Source: Octopus sinensis
Taxonomy: Eukaryota
Assembly (NCBI RefSeq): GCF_006345805.1
Contig: NC_043011.1
Coordinates: 40,560,464-40,624,463 of the forward strand
Length of the DNA stretch: 64,000 bases
Direction: 5' to 3'
Made by a program: the position numbers and the translations under genes. The notes below the pieces were generated by a model. That model was not told where the DNA came from, ran no database searches, and worked only from the letters and a program-made list of their open reading frames with translations. Positions 44,593-55,990 of this stretch are shown piece by piece (position 1 is the stretch's first letter; every line of letters starts with the position of its first letter).

Positions 44593-44844
44593 TATTTGGG
44601 AAAATTTACTCACCATTAATCCCATGAAAAAAGGGGGATTGGAGACAATATACTAATATACATATGATTTTAGAAGCTTCGTAAATCGGATAATTGATCA
44701 ATGGTAAAATAAAAAGCAAAATTCGGGTCTTTTACAACAGATGGTAGATGAGGTAAGATTAGGGTTCAGAATAACTTTATTGTTTATTGTAGAAAATATA
44801 AAGAGTGTTTCGAATTTTATTGCTTAATAATACACAAACAAGCT

Positions 44845-45053
44845 TTATGTGCATTATTTACATTATTTACATTTGACAGATATATGTCCTCATCTTGTTT
44901 GTTGTTTACACAACGTTTCGGAACCCAGGTTCGAAATTACCCCAAGATACCTGAGAAACGCTGGAGGGTATATCAGCCGAAAAGTTGTGTTAATAACAAA
45001 CAAGTTGAGGACAATTATCAGTCAAATGAAAATAATGTAAATAACGTGCATAA
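44845..45053. repeat. Inverted pLTR arms with a degenerate hammerhead (44946-44991)
   Basis: Arms 44845-44921 / 44977-45053. GATAC-CTGAGAA-ACGCTG..CAGCC-GAAAAGTT-GTGTT. Confidence 0.7.
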
Positions 45054-45638
45054 TTCCTCATCTCTTAAATATAGAACTGTATTAAGCTTTATGTGGTAAT
45101 ATGCTAAACATTAATGAAGCTATGTCAGTAAATAATGAAATTATAAATCCAGTTAGATCAAAAGCACTACAAAGAAGAAGCTCGAGCACATCGTAATGCT
45201 TTTACTTCTGAATTATGAAGGGAAGTGGTTAAGCAAAGGATCGATTCTTCTTAGGTTCAGACAGTTGTTACCAAGATTTTACGAATGAAAAGAAAATAAT
45301 AATAAAAATGCTGTAATCTTTCTTGAAGGCAAGGAATGTTTTCAATGGTAAGCATTTTAAACGGATAAAGATAAATTAAATGGAAACTGTATTACATAGC
45401 AATAATAGAAACAACAACAGGTAAATTCTTTGAAATGGAATTCGCTTCGTGGAAAACTCAACTTTGCAAACATGACTTCACATCTTTTGAAATATGAAAG
45501 ATGAAGATGATAAGATGAGTTTTAAACTTCAAACGCAAACCATAATGATTATAAAGAATTTTCCAAGTTTTTAAAGAAAATACTTTGAGGCAATTTCAAA
45601 AGAGATTTAATGACTCTAATAAGATTTGAAAGTACGTC

Positions 45639-45926
45639 TTATATTATTACTATTATATTATTATTATTACTATTATTATTATTATTATATTATTATATAT
45701 TATTATTATATTATGATTATTATATTATTGTCATTATTATTATTATTATTATTTTATTATTATTATATTATTATTATTGGCATTATTTTATTATTATCAT
45801 TATTATTATTGTGTCATTATTATTATTATTATTGTCATTATTTTATTATTTATTATTATTATTATATTATTATTATTATTGTCATTATTATTATTATTAT
45901 TATATTATTATTATTGTCATTATTAC

Positions 45927-45971
<45 letters not shown>

Positions 45972-46302
45972 TATTATTATTATTACTATAATTATTATTA
46001 TTATTGTAATTATTATTATTATTATTATTTTTGTCATTATTATTATTATTATTATTATTATATTATATTATTATTATTATTATTATTGGCTTATTATTAT
46101 TATTATCATTATTATTATTTTTGTCATTATTATTATTATTATTGTCATTATTATTATTATTATTATTATTATATTATTATTATTATTGTCATTATTATTA
46201 TTATTTATTATTATTATATTATTATTTATTATTATTGTCATTATTACTATTATTATTATTATTGTTGTCATTATTACTATTATTATTATTATTATTATTA
46301 TT
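45639..46302. repeat. ~660-bp interrupted (TAT/TAA)n array at the 3' end of the R4/Dong element
   Basis: Direct reading, with recurring TGTC interruptions. Confidence 0.95.
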
Positions 46303-49300
46303 CTATGTTTGACTTTTGCTTTATATTTGTACAAGTTGGCTCCAAGTCTCACCCAGAGACCTCAAGAGACAACAGGGTTGGAAGTTCATGTTGTTGTTAT
46401 GCCTAGTGTGCCATATATTTGGGGGGTGGGGATGTTGTACTAATGAATGTCTAAAGAAAAAAAAGTTTTTTTTTTTTGGTTTTTTTTTTAAACCGAAAAT
46501 TATGTTTGTTTTAAACCTTGAGATTACATAGAGAGTATTTTGCGTAGGATATGAGCAGTTCCCATGAGCACTATCTTTTGAACTTCTGCCATTTTGGGGT
46601 TTCCTGGTATCTGAGTTAGGTAGCTATCACCCCCTTTGCTATCATTCCCAGGGCACCTATGACAACAGGTATTGTTTTAGTCTTCAGCTTCCACATTTTG
46701 CTGATTTCTATTTCAAGATCTTTATATTTGCTCAGTTTTTGGTAGGTCTTGACAGATACGTTTATATCGATTGGGACAGTCATATCAATGAGGAGGCATG
46801 TTCTTTGTTTGAAGTCTTTCAATATGATGTCTGGCCTATTTGCATCTATCTTCCTGTCAGTTTGAATGGTGAAGTTCCAGAGGAGTGAGATGTGGTCATT
46901 TTCAAGCACTGGGGGTGGTTTGTGTTCCCACCAGTTTTTTTCATGGGGCAAATCCAGGTTTTTACAGATTACCCAGTGAATATATTGTGCAGCTCTATCG
47001 TGCCTGTTGAGATACTCTGTAGGCGCTAGAAGACTGCACTTGGAGACCACATGGTCAATGGTTTCATTTTGTTGCTTGCATACACGACACGTTGGACTGC
47101 TTCTGATCTTTAATATGTTGGCCTGGTAGTTTCTTGTTGGTAGGCATTGATCTTGAGCTGCTATGATAAACCCCTCTGTTTCAGATTTTAAGCCAGAGGC
47201 CATTAGCCATTGATGGGTCAGGGCTTTGTCGATATCTGCATTATTCGCTCTCTTTGGGTATTTGCCATAGAGAGGTTTTTCTTGCCATTTGTTATTCAGA
47301 ATATCTAAGGCCGCAGTTTTGGCACGGGTTTTCATGCGCCTAGCTTTTTCTGTGCTTGTTTCTTGTATCTATCTCTAATTCCGAATTGGTTGTATTCGGA
47401 ATTCACTTAGATATTCCTTTGCCTGTTTTGTGACTGAGTATGATGCTTTCTTGTTTTCATGTTTTGAGACAAGTTTTAACATCCAGTCCTCAGAGTTTTT
47501 CAGGTAGGTGTCTAGGCCAATTGTAGCAATCTTCATTGTTATTGCCAGTTGCAAAAGACCACGGCCTCCCTCTTTCCTTGGCAGATAGAGTCGTTCTGTA
47601 TCTGCCTTAGGGTGGTGCATTCTATGCATTGTCAACAGTTTCCTTATTTTTCTGTCGAGCTGACATATTTCAGTAATTGACCAGTTAACAATATTGAAAC
47701 TAAGTCACGACTGGTATAGCTAATGCATTGATTGCTTCGATCCTGTTTCTTGCATTCAGCTCTGTCTTGAGTATTGCTCTCACTCTTCGATAGCATTCTC
47801 TCCTGATCCTTTCCTTCATCTCTGAATGCCTTATTCCGTCCCTTCAATTACCCCTAGGTACTTGTAGCTCTCCGCTGGGTCTAGTTCTTTTATGACATTC
47901 TGTTGGTCAAGGTTAACGTTAGATGTTTCTGTCATTTTTCCTTTGATAAAGGTAGCCTTTGCACATTTATCGAGGCCGAATTGCATTCTGATGTCGTCAC
48001 TGAATTGTTTGACTATCGCTAGTAAGCCCTTGAGTTGTTGATCATTTTTTGCAAAAAGCTTTAATCATCCATGTAAACGAGATGATTTATATTTTTATCA
48101 AACATTTTATACCCGTACTGCGCGTCATTGAGCAGCTTTGAGAGAGGTATTAAGGATAAACAAAAGAGGAGTGGTGACAGTGAGTCACCCTGGAAAATGC
48201 CACACGAAATTTTTACATCACCAGCATTTAGGGATTCACTGTCACTGTTCAGAGTTAGTGTGGTTCTCCATGATCTCATACTTACAGTCAAAAAGTTTCG
48301 CAGAGTTGGTGCTATCTTATACATTTCCAGGCATTTCCTAATCCAGCTATGTGGTAGGCTATCAAAAGCCTTTTTATAGTCTATCCAGGCTATTGATAAG
48401 TTTTTGTGTCGTTTGTGACAATCTTCTAAGATCATCTTATTGATGAGTAGTTGGTCTTTACAGTCGTAGGATCCACGTTTACATCCTTTCTGTTCATTAG
48501 GGAATATGCTGCATTCTGTTAAAAAACTATAGGTATATTCCGTCAGGACAGATGTTAGTGTTTTGTACATGGTTGTTAAGCAGGTTATGGGTCTATAGTT
48601 TTTTGGTTCATTTGTTTCTTCACTTTTTGGAAGCAGGAATGTTAACCCATTAACTAGCCAAGGAGGCATCCTACTAGGGTGTTGCAAAACATCATTGTAC
48701 AGTTCTGTTAGCAGTTCATGGCTCTCTGGGAAGGCATTCAGCCAGAAGTTAGGAATTTTATCCTTTCCTGGAGACTTCCATTTGCTTGACCTCCTTAGAG
48801 CAGATCTTATATTTCTACCTTGACACCCTCCCACTTTTGCTCTTCTAAGGGGTCCAGTTCTGTAGATATTCTGTCAATCCAGGGGGCCTTTTCGTTGTGT
48901 GTTTTTTCTTCTGCCCAGATTTTATTCCAAAATCTCTGCACTTCTTCTTTTGATGGTACAGACCCTGCAGTAAACGCTGTTTTTCCTATCTTCCTGTAAA
49001 AATTCTTGGTGTTATTTTTGAACATGTGTTGTCCTTGAAAAATCTAACACGCTTTTCATACCTCGCTATGCGGGCAGCTTTGGCAGATACCTTTTGTTTG
49101 ATGGTTTCTATGGTGGCATCAATATCAAGTATAGTTTTCATATTGTATTTTTTCAGTAATTTTTGGGTTTTTGTAGGTTTGGTAGTCTTGTGAGCCTTAA
49201 GGTTTTTCAAATATTCAATGTCAGATCTAAATATTTTAATTTGTTGTTGCAGACGCTCTTGCCAAGAAGGCTTTTTGTGGGACTGTTGCCGTTTTCTAAT

Positions 49301-49952
49301 CTTTACACCACATAAGATCGTTGAGATTTTCGCGGATGCATAGTATAGGTGGTTGAGGTTTGTGATATCAACATCATTAACTGAAATTATATCCTTAAGT
49401 GCAAGCCGGATTTTACCAATTATTTTCATGTTTTGGTTAGAGTTGCGGATTTTAGGAAGTGTATCACGCTCATCCATGCTGGTTTCTTAATTTTCAGCCA
49501 TTCAATCATGATTTGATTTTTTAGCTCATGTAGTACTGTTGGGTCAATATTTGTGTGACTTTCTTTATCTATTTGATGCTCATCTGTCTTAGTGTTTATG
49601 ATTGGTTCAGGGCGTATTTCACTTTGCCTATCACTTATACTAACTCTTTCAATCCTCTCTTCGTTTTTATCCGCCCTGGGCTGGTCTATAATCATTTCTC
49701 TGTATTATCTTCTCTAGCTGCAGCTTCGTTCATTTTATCCGATATTGCTTGATCAATCTCTACTTCAGTCAGTAATTTCTTTTTTATAATGTTTCTTCTA
49801 ACATTGGCAAGCTTGTTACTGTCTATGTAGGGTCTTACTTCAGGGTGTTTCTGTCTCCAGTTTAAGTATGCTTGTACAGTGCTAGACTTATCTGTGGGGA
49901 AATATATGGCATGGTAGAAGGCCTCAAGAACTTCTTTATTATCTTTATTATC
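46303..49952 (-). mobile_element. R4/Dong-clade non-LTR retrotransposon (RT + CCHC + restriction-like endonuclease), slightly 5'-truncated, decayed
   Basis: Minus-strand frames give EVLEAFYHA..WRQKHP (N-terminus), RT motifs KSPGKDKI, NYRPITCL, WIDYKKAFDS, GIFQGDSLSPLLF and YMDD, then RLYLPRKEGGRGL, zinc knuckle CRVC..ETIDHVVSKC and RLE motifs RHD, NRPDII, LIDMTVP, KLSKYKDL. The 3' UTR runs directly into (AAT)n and the 5' end abuts (AAT)n. Confidence 0.93.
46524..49940 (-). pseudogene. Frameshifted single ORF of the R4/Dong element
   Basis: ORF-track fragments 46616-47335, 47375-47635, 48061-48834, 48807-49025, 48986-49477 and 49426-49695 are collinear pieces of one RT-RLE polyprotein. It ends ...KIVLMGTAHILRKILSM* at about 46524. 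Confidence 0.88.

Positions 49953-50019
<67 letters not shown>
49953..50019. repeat. (ATT)n microsatellite at the 5' end of the R4/Dong element
   Basis: Direct reading. Confidence 0.95.
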
Positions 50020-50628
50020 GTTTTGGCTTTTCAGTTTGATGCAAATAATGTAGAAAAGATGTAGAAAGAACATAGAAAGCTGTTAAATTATTTAAATTCT
50101 GGTGGTTTACAAATGTAGTTTATTGATTTGTGTGTAAAACGACGTTGTTCTAAAATCCATACAAAGATTCTAAGACGTCGAGATTAAGCTGAGATAAATA
50201 TCCCCAATAGAAGGATGTTTATCACCGAATGTCATCATTTGTTTCCGAAATGTGTATTCGTTTGAAAATGTCTTTTTCTTCGCACGAATACTGTTAAATA
50301 TAAATACCACATAACAATGCCTGGCAACCTCGTCGATGACTGCCTACCACTAGTTATTAATACTCTCGTACTTGACTACGCTAAAAATACCAAGAGATGC
50401 ACATTGTCAAGTTTCACATTGATTTGAATGATAAAATTATTTCTGTTTTCTAAAGACGATATTTTTACATTATTCCCGGTTATTCATATGAAAATGTGTT
50501 AGTGTGTGCCTGCGCATTAATTAAAGTTGCACGAAACAGCGTTGATCACAACATACATAAATGCATTATTAACAGTTCTGAGTACACTCGGTCATGGTGA
50601 GACCTGTTGTGAAAGGCAGATTTGAAAT

Positions 50629-50675
50629 TCGTAGCTGATGACACGTTACAACGCAGAAATATATGTATCCTACGA
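50629..50675 (+). ncRNA. Type-I hammerhead ribozyme motif
   Basis: TCGTAG-CTGATGA-ca-CGTT(ac)AACG-ca-GAAA-TA(tatg)TA-TC-CTACGA. Perfect 6-bp stem I, intact core, AUC triplet; the base of stem II is mismatched. Confidence 0.65.
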
Positions 50676-51065
50676 TCTAATGATGCCATTTACAGCCCAA
50701 TGTGTTTTTATACACATTGTCTAGGAGGAAAATTTTCTCCTGAGATCATTTCTGCGACGAAAGATTTTCCCACGTCCAAATGTATTTGAACGTGTTAAAT
50801 ATATAACTTCACGAGAATATACATTTATATATTGTTGTAATATATGTTATTGTCAGCACAGTAATATTCTTGTCGACACTATTATGTTGTGGCGGTAATT
50901 CTGCGTCTAATTATCTTTCGCTCGTTTATCTTGCTACCGCTGATAGCTCCACAAGGCAATGACTTTGGAACGCATACCTTGACGGTAACTCCAACTCATA
51001 TATATCACGTAACTGACACGGACTCTAACTGAGAAACTCGTACAGTGACTCTTCTACTACTGACA

Positions 51066-52690
51066 TTATTTTATTATTGACATAAAGGCCTTACACAAAG
51101 GGGACAGGACATGGTGGGGACGAAAAAAAACGGATGAAATGAATGAAATTTTACAAGGAAAAATGAAATGAAGTCTCTCGGTCCCACCTCCGAGCGACTT
51201 CATTGAACTGTAGCAGCACCATATGCATTGCCCTTTGTAATAACCAATTTAGTGTATCATTTAAACACAGCTATTTACAGAATAGTTAATCCGTCTCTTT
51301 TCCAAATGCGAATATATTTTATATTATTTTTTTTAAATGTCCACATACCTTTTTATCGGCATTGTGCTGGTGTCTATTTTTTTAGACCACCATTCACAGT
51401 CACAATTTTCTATATACCTGTGTACTTTCTCCAGGTTCTCCAGGTTCGTCATCGCACAATAATCGTTCTCGGGCAAACCCCTTACACCTGCTATATCCAC
51501 CTTGACTGTTCTATCCCACGAATTTACTTCTTTATCCTGCTCTTCAATCTGTCCATTGTACGTTAAAACGAATTTTCATTACAGGCGGGGCGCGTAGTTT
51601 TCAGGCTCCTGTGTGTTTGCCATAGTTTTTTTGTCAGACATGGCATAGAGAGGGTTGGTGTATGTAGGGAGTGGTTGGGCTAGAGTGGGTGTAGGTGAGG
51701 GCCAGGTGGATGTGGGTTTGGGGTCATTTACCTTGTGTGTCTTTTTTCTCCTCTTCCTGCACTTTTTCTCCACCATTTCCCAACTGGTGTTTAATTCTGC
51801 CTACTTCTCGACACTGGTGCCTGTCTTCTTTGGTTTCACCTCATTTATTTTTCCTTCCACAAGCAGTGTAACACCAACCACTTTTACCTCCTGTCTCCCT
51901 TTGTTCTTTTCTAGTGGTGGAGGACACTCCGCTCTAATGTGGCCTTTCAGACCACATTTATAACATCGCGGAATTCTCCCTCCGATCTGGTCAACTCTCC
52001 CACTGTGATGCTTTCGACCATTTTTCTAAGTCCTCCTCCGCGACCTGTACCGCCATTTCAAGAGCTTGTCCCTTCCAATGCATGTGGGGCGTTCTGGTGA
52101 CCTACAGGACCAGCACCGTCTCTTCCATTCCCAGTAGTATGGCAGTGACCAGCCAGGCCACATTCAATTCTGGCGGTATGTCTTCCACCCGAACCCTGAA
52201 AGTACACCTCCCAAGGTACATGGGTAGAAGTACCACATCATGTCTTCAGTGATGTGGCCGAGTACAGTCTGGCAGTTGCCATCTCCTTAAACTGCACCTC
52301 TACTGCGCCACACGTTCGACCCCCGCCAAGGCATGCCATCTCCTGCCAGACCTACCTCAGTGCCCCTTTCACCTGTGCCTCCGACACCACTTCAATTATC
52401 CCCGCTGTTGTGACCCAAATTCTGTACACAATTGCTCCCTCCTCCTTGTCCTTCAGTACTTATTTGGAGGGGACAACCTCACCTCGCTCCCCTCCCTTCA
52501 AGCACTTGCCTGAACTCACTCAACCCCTCCAGGTTCTCCCCCTCAATCCCCTCTCCAGCCGCTGCTGCACAATTCCTCCTCACCACCTTCCCGTCCATCC
52601 CGCTTAAGCACTCAAGCAACTCCTCCTCAGACGAACCACACTCTAGGGAAGAACACCTCAACCTTCCCGCAACCTCTCGCGCGACGAGAG
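51066..52690 (-). mobile_element. Tx1/L1-type LINE derivative: ORF1 plus 3' terminus, with no recognisable RT
   Basis: Frameshifted ORF1 (LLPMYLGRCTFRVRVEDIPPELNVAWL..HWKGQALE) with gag knuckle CYKCGLKGHIRAEC (about 51920-51970). It ends in ATCCGTTT..TGTCCCCTTTGTGT..AATAATAAAAT. Confidence 0.78.
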
Positions 52691-52805
52691 TCAATTAGAT
52701 CGCCCCCTGTACGCAACTGGTACTCAATTTATCGACCTCGTAAGGATGAAAGACAAAGTCGACCTCGGCAGAATTTGAACTCAGAACATGAAGACAGACG
52801 AAATA
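52690..52805 (-). mobile_element. Family-A SINE core fused to the 5' end of the Tx1 ORF1
   Basis: TATTTCGTCTG..GTTCTGAGTTCAAATTC..GATCTAATTGACT is followed directly by LINE sequence. Confidence 0.85.
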
Positions 52806-52807
52806 AA

Positions 52808-52899
52808 GAGAGGGGAATATGTTGAATAAAATCATAATTAACTGATCCTTCTGTATTTTCTTTTACCCAAAGCCAGGAACTTTTCAGCACCACTTCGTA
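52808..52899 (-). mobile_element. Tc1/mariner-type end fragment
   Basis: The minus strand starts TACGAAGTGGTGCTGAAAAGTTCCTGGC, a TA-flanked mariner-like TIR. Confidence 0.6.
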
Positions 52900-52902
52900 T
52901 AT

Positions 52903-52950
<48 letters not shown>

Positions 52951-54972
52951 AGAGAAAGAGAGTAAAGGTATTTTCTTTTGTAGAATCCTATCAATGAAGC
53001 CAAAAAACAAATACCATAGAGAAATTGTACGCAATATATTATGTAGATTAAATAAATTGAAAGCAATCCAAGGCAAGTATATCAAAATACATGTTATACA
53101 CACAGGAAACGAACGTATATACTTGAAAGATAAGCATAAGCTTCTTCAATCGAGAAACAATTTAAAGGTGTATGAATTGAACTAAGTTGTATACATTCGC
53201 GAAGCAGTGAACATTCGATGTGACAAGTGAATATTAATCTGAGTCATATTGCACCAAAGTGCATCAAAAAATTTTGCTTTCCTACGCTTGCAGCAATAAA
53301 TTATAAATATTTCTCAAACTACGATGATTAAAATATCTTTCTCCGTCATACATCTCCATAGACTTGCGTAATGTTATTTTCATTAACGTTTTCTGTATAG
53401 ACATACATATGAAGGTACATACGTTACGTTTGTGTGTATTTATGGATATATTTTTAAGAGACTTTTTAAATCTACTCTGCACCTAATCAGAATAACATAC
53501 TCTGCTTAATGTACTGGGTCTATATAACGTTTTTTGTTTTTATGTCAAGATATATATAAAAACGATTTGAAATGAAACTGAAGGATTACTTTATATTTTT
53601 AGTAGATTACAAGTTTAGAAATTTATTAAACTTTTACAAAGCAAAGGTTGTCAGTGGATATGAAGTTACGGCTCCCCCGCTCTTTTTGTCATCTGTATAT
53701 CTATCCATATACACACATATATTCATAAACATAAACACTCACTCACACATCCGTGCATGTACATACGTCTACGTATACATTCGTATATACATGTAAGTAA
53801 AAAGCATATATTCATACATATCCAAACATACAGGTACGTATATACACAAATATATCTACATACTTGCACACACACACACACATATATATATAGTTACATA
53901 TATATATAAACATATACAAATATACCTATACACACTTACATATACACTAATGTTCACACACAAACAGACAAATGTATACACGCATAAATACTTAAAGATG
54001 TACTCACATGAACATATACGAGAGATTTTCCTTGGCAGCTCAACAAATTCTAAATGATTTACTATGCAAAAAAAAAAAAAAAATTACCATGACAAAACAA
54101 ATTTTCAATTAACGGAAAACATTTGATAAAAGCAAAAATTGAAAAACATCATCTCACTCACCTTTGATACACATTTGTACTTAAGAACTCGCTTGAAAAT
54201 GTTGAATTATGCGTAGTCCAGTATTTATTTGCAGAACAGAAGGAAAGATTTTAAAAGTCTCTTCCTTTAAAAGATGCATGCAAAGCTTGAACGAACGTCT
54301 AAGTGGTTTAACAAATTACCAATACACTACACTGAATAGACATTTTAAATTTCGATATACAAGAATAATTTGTGCTTAAACTGAAGTGAATATAGTTTCA
54401 TGTACTTTTTCTGTAAATTGGACTGAGGCTATACTGAGTCACTGTCTGCAATTGTTTTATGCAGGCAAATCGCCCCGAGTACTTACTTCCCTCTGATACT
54501 TCCTTATAGATACCTGTTTAGTGTGAATCGTTAGGTTGCCTTTTGATATTATGGGACACGGCGAACTGGCAGAATAGTTAGCACGTCAGTCAAAATGCTT
54601 AGCAACAGTTCGTTCGTTTTTATGCTCTGGGTTCAAATTCCACCGAAGTCGATTTTGCCTCTCATCCTTTCGGAGATCAATAAAATAGGTACCGCTTGAA
54701 CACTAGGGCCGATGTAATCGACCTGCCTAATTTCCCCAAATTACTGGCCTTGTACCAAAATTTGAAATCAATATTACGTGGCATAACACTGCTAAGCATA
54801 AATTAAGGAGCGACATGGACACAGAGACACTCACATACGCATGTATGCGTGTGTTCTGTTACACATGTACCTGGAGGCCATGGTTCCGGGTTCGGTCACG
54901 CTGTGTGGAACTTTGGGCCGACCGGAGCCTTGTGGGTGGATTTGGTGGGCAGAGGCTGAAGAAGGCTCGTCG

Positions 54973-55010
<38 letters not shown>

Positions 55011-55162
55011 AAATAGAAAGATGAATAATCTTGTAGTAGATTAATCAAAAGTTTAACCGAAACCTTAGTAGCAAAAATCACAGCAGTGAACAGCACGGTT
55101 GGAGGTACAACCATCTGGCGTTGCAACCGTGCGTTGGTGCGGATAATTGAAATTAAAACATT

Positions 55163-55368
55163 ATTGGTGAATTGAAGAAATGGAGCTGAACGCAGATTGA
55201 ACAGAAATCGTTTTATTTCATTCTACACGTGTTTCGAAAGGCACAAATTACCAAAATCCGATTATTCAATCGGATTTTGGTAATTTGTGCCTTTCGAAAC
55301 ACGTGTAGAATGAAATAAAACGATTTCTGTTCAATCTGCGTTCAGCTCCATTTCTTCAATTCACCAAT
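55163..55368. repeat. Apparently perfect 101-bp-arm palindrome with a 4-nt loop
   Basis: Arms 55163-55263 / 55268-55368, loop ATTC. Each arm contains GAAACACGTGTA. Confidence 0.93.
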
Positions 55369-55416
<48 letters not shown>

Positions 55417-55884
55417 TGTATGTATGTATGTATGTATGCATGCATATATACATACATATATGTACGTACATGCATATATATGTATATATATGCATATTTG
55501 GGTACAGGACGTTACAAAATATAAACAACATGAAACACCAAGAGAAACTTGGGTATGCGAACAACCAGGGAAACACATGGAAAACAATACAAGTAACATA
55601 AAGAACGACCCATCGTCAGTTGTCGCCTGTCCATCTACTCCTCATTTCGAGCAATTAGCGAGAGCATGAGGCTTCGAAAGGCAGGATCAAAGCTGGTAAC
55701 AAAAACAGGACAGTGGAAACGTTCAACAAACGAAACGAAAACAAACGTGGAGGGTCGTTAGGCCAGACGTTGTTCGCATACCCAAATTTGTTTTCGCATT
55801 TCGTGTTGTTTTCTTATTTCATATTGTTTACCTTTTGTGATGTCCTGTACACATATAGGCATATATATATATATATATAATATA

Positions 55885-55931
<47 letters not shown>

Positions 55932-55990
55932 GTGTGTGTATGCATATATATATATAATTTATATTGTATATAGGCGTGTGTGTGTCTGTG

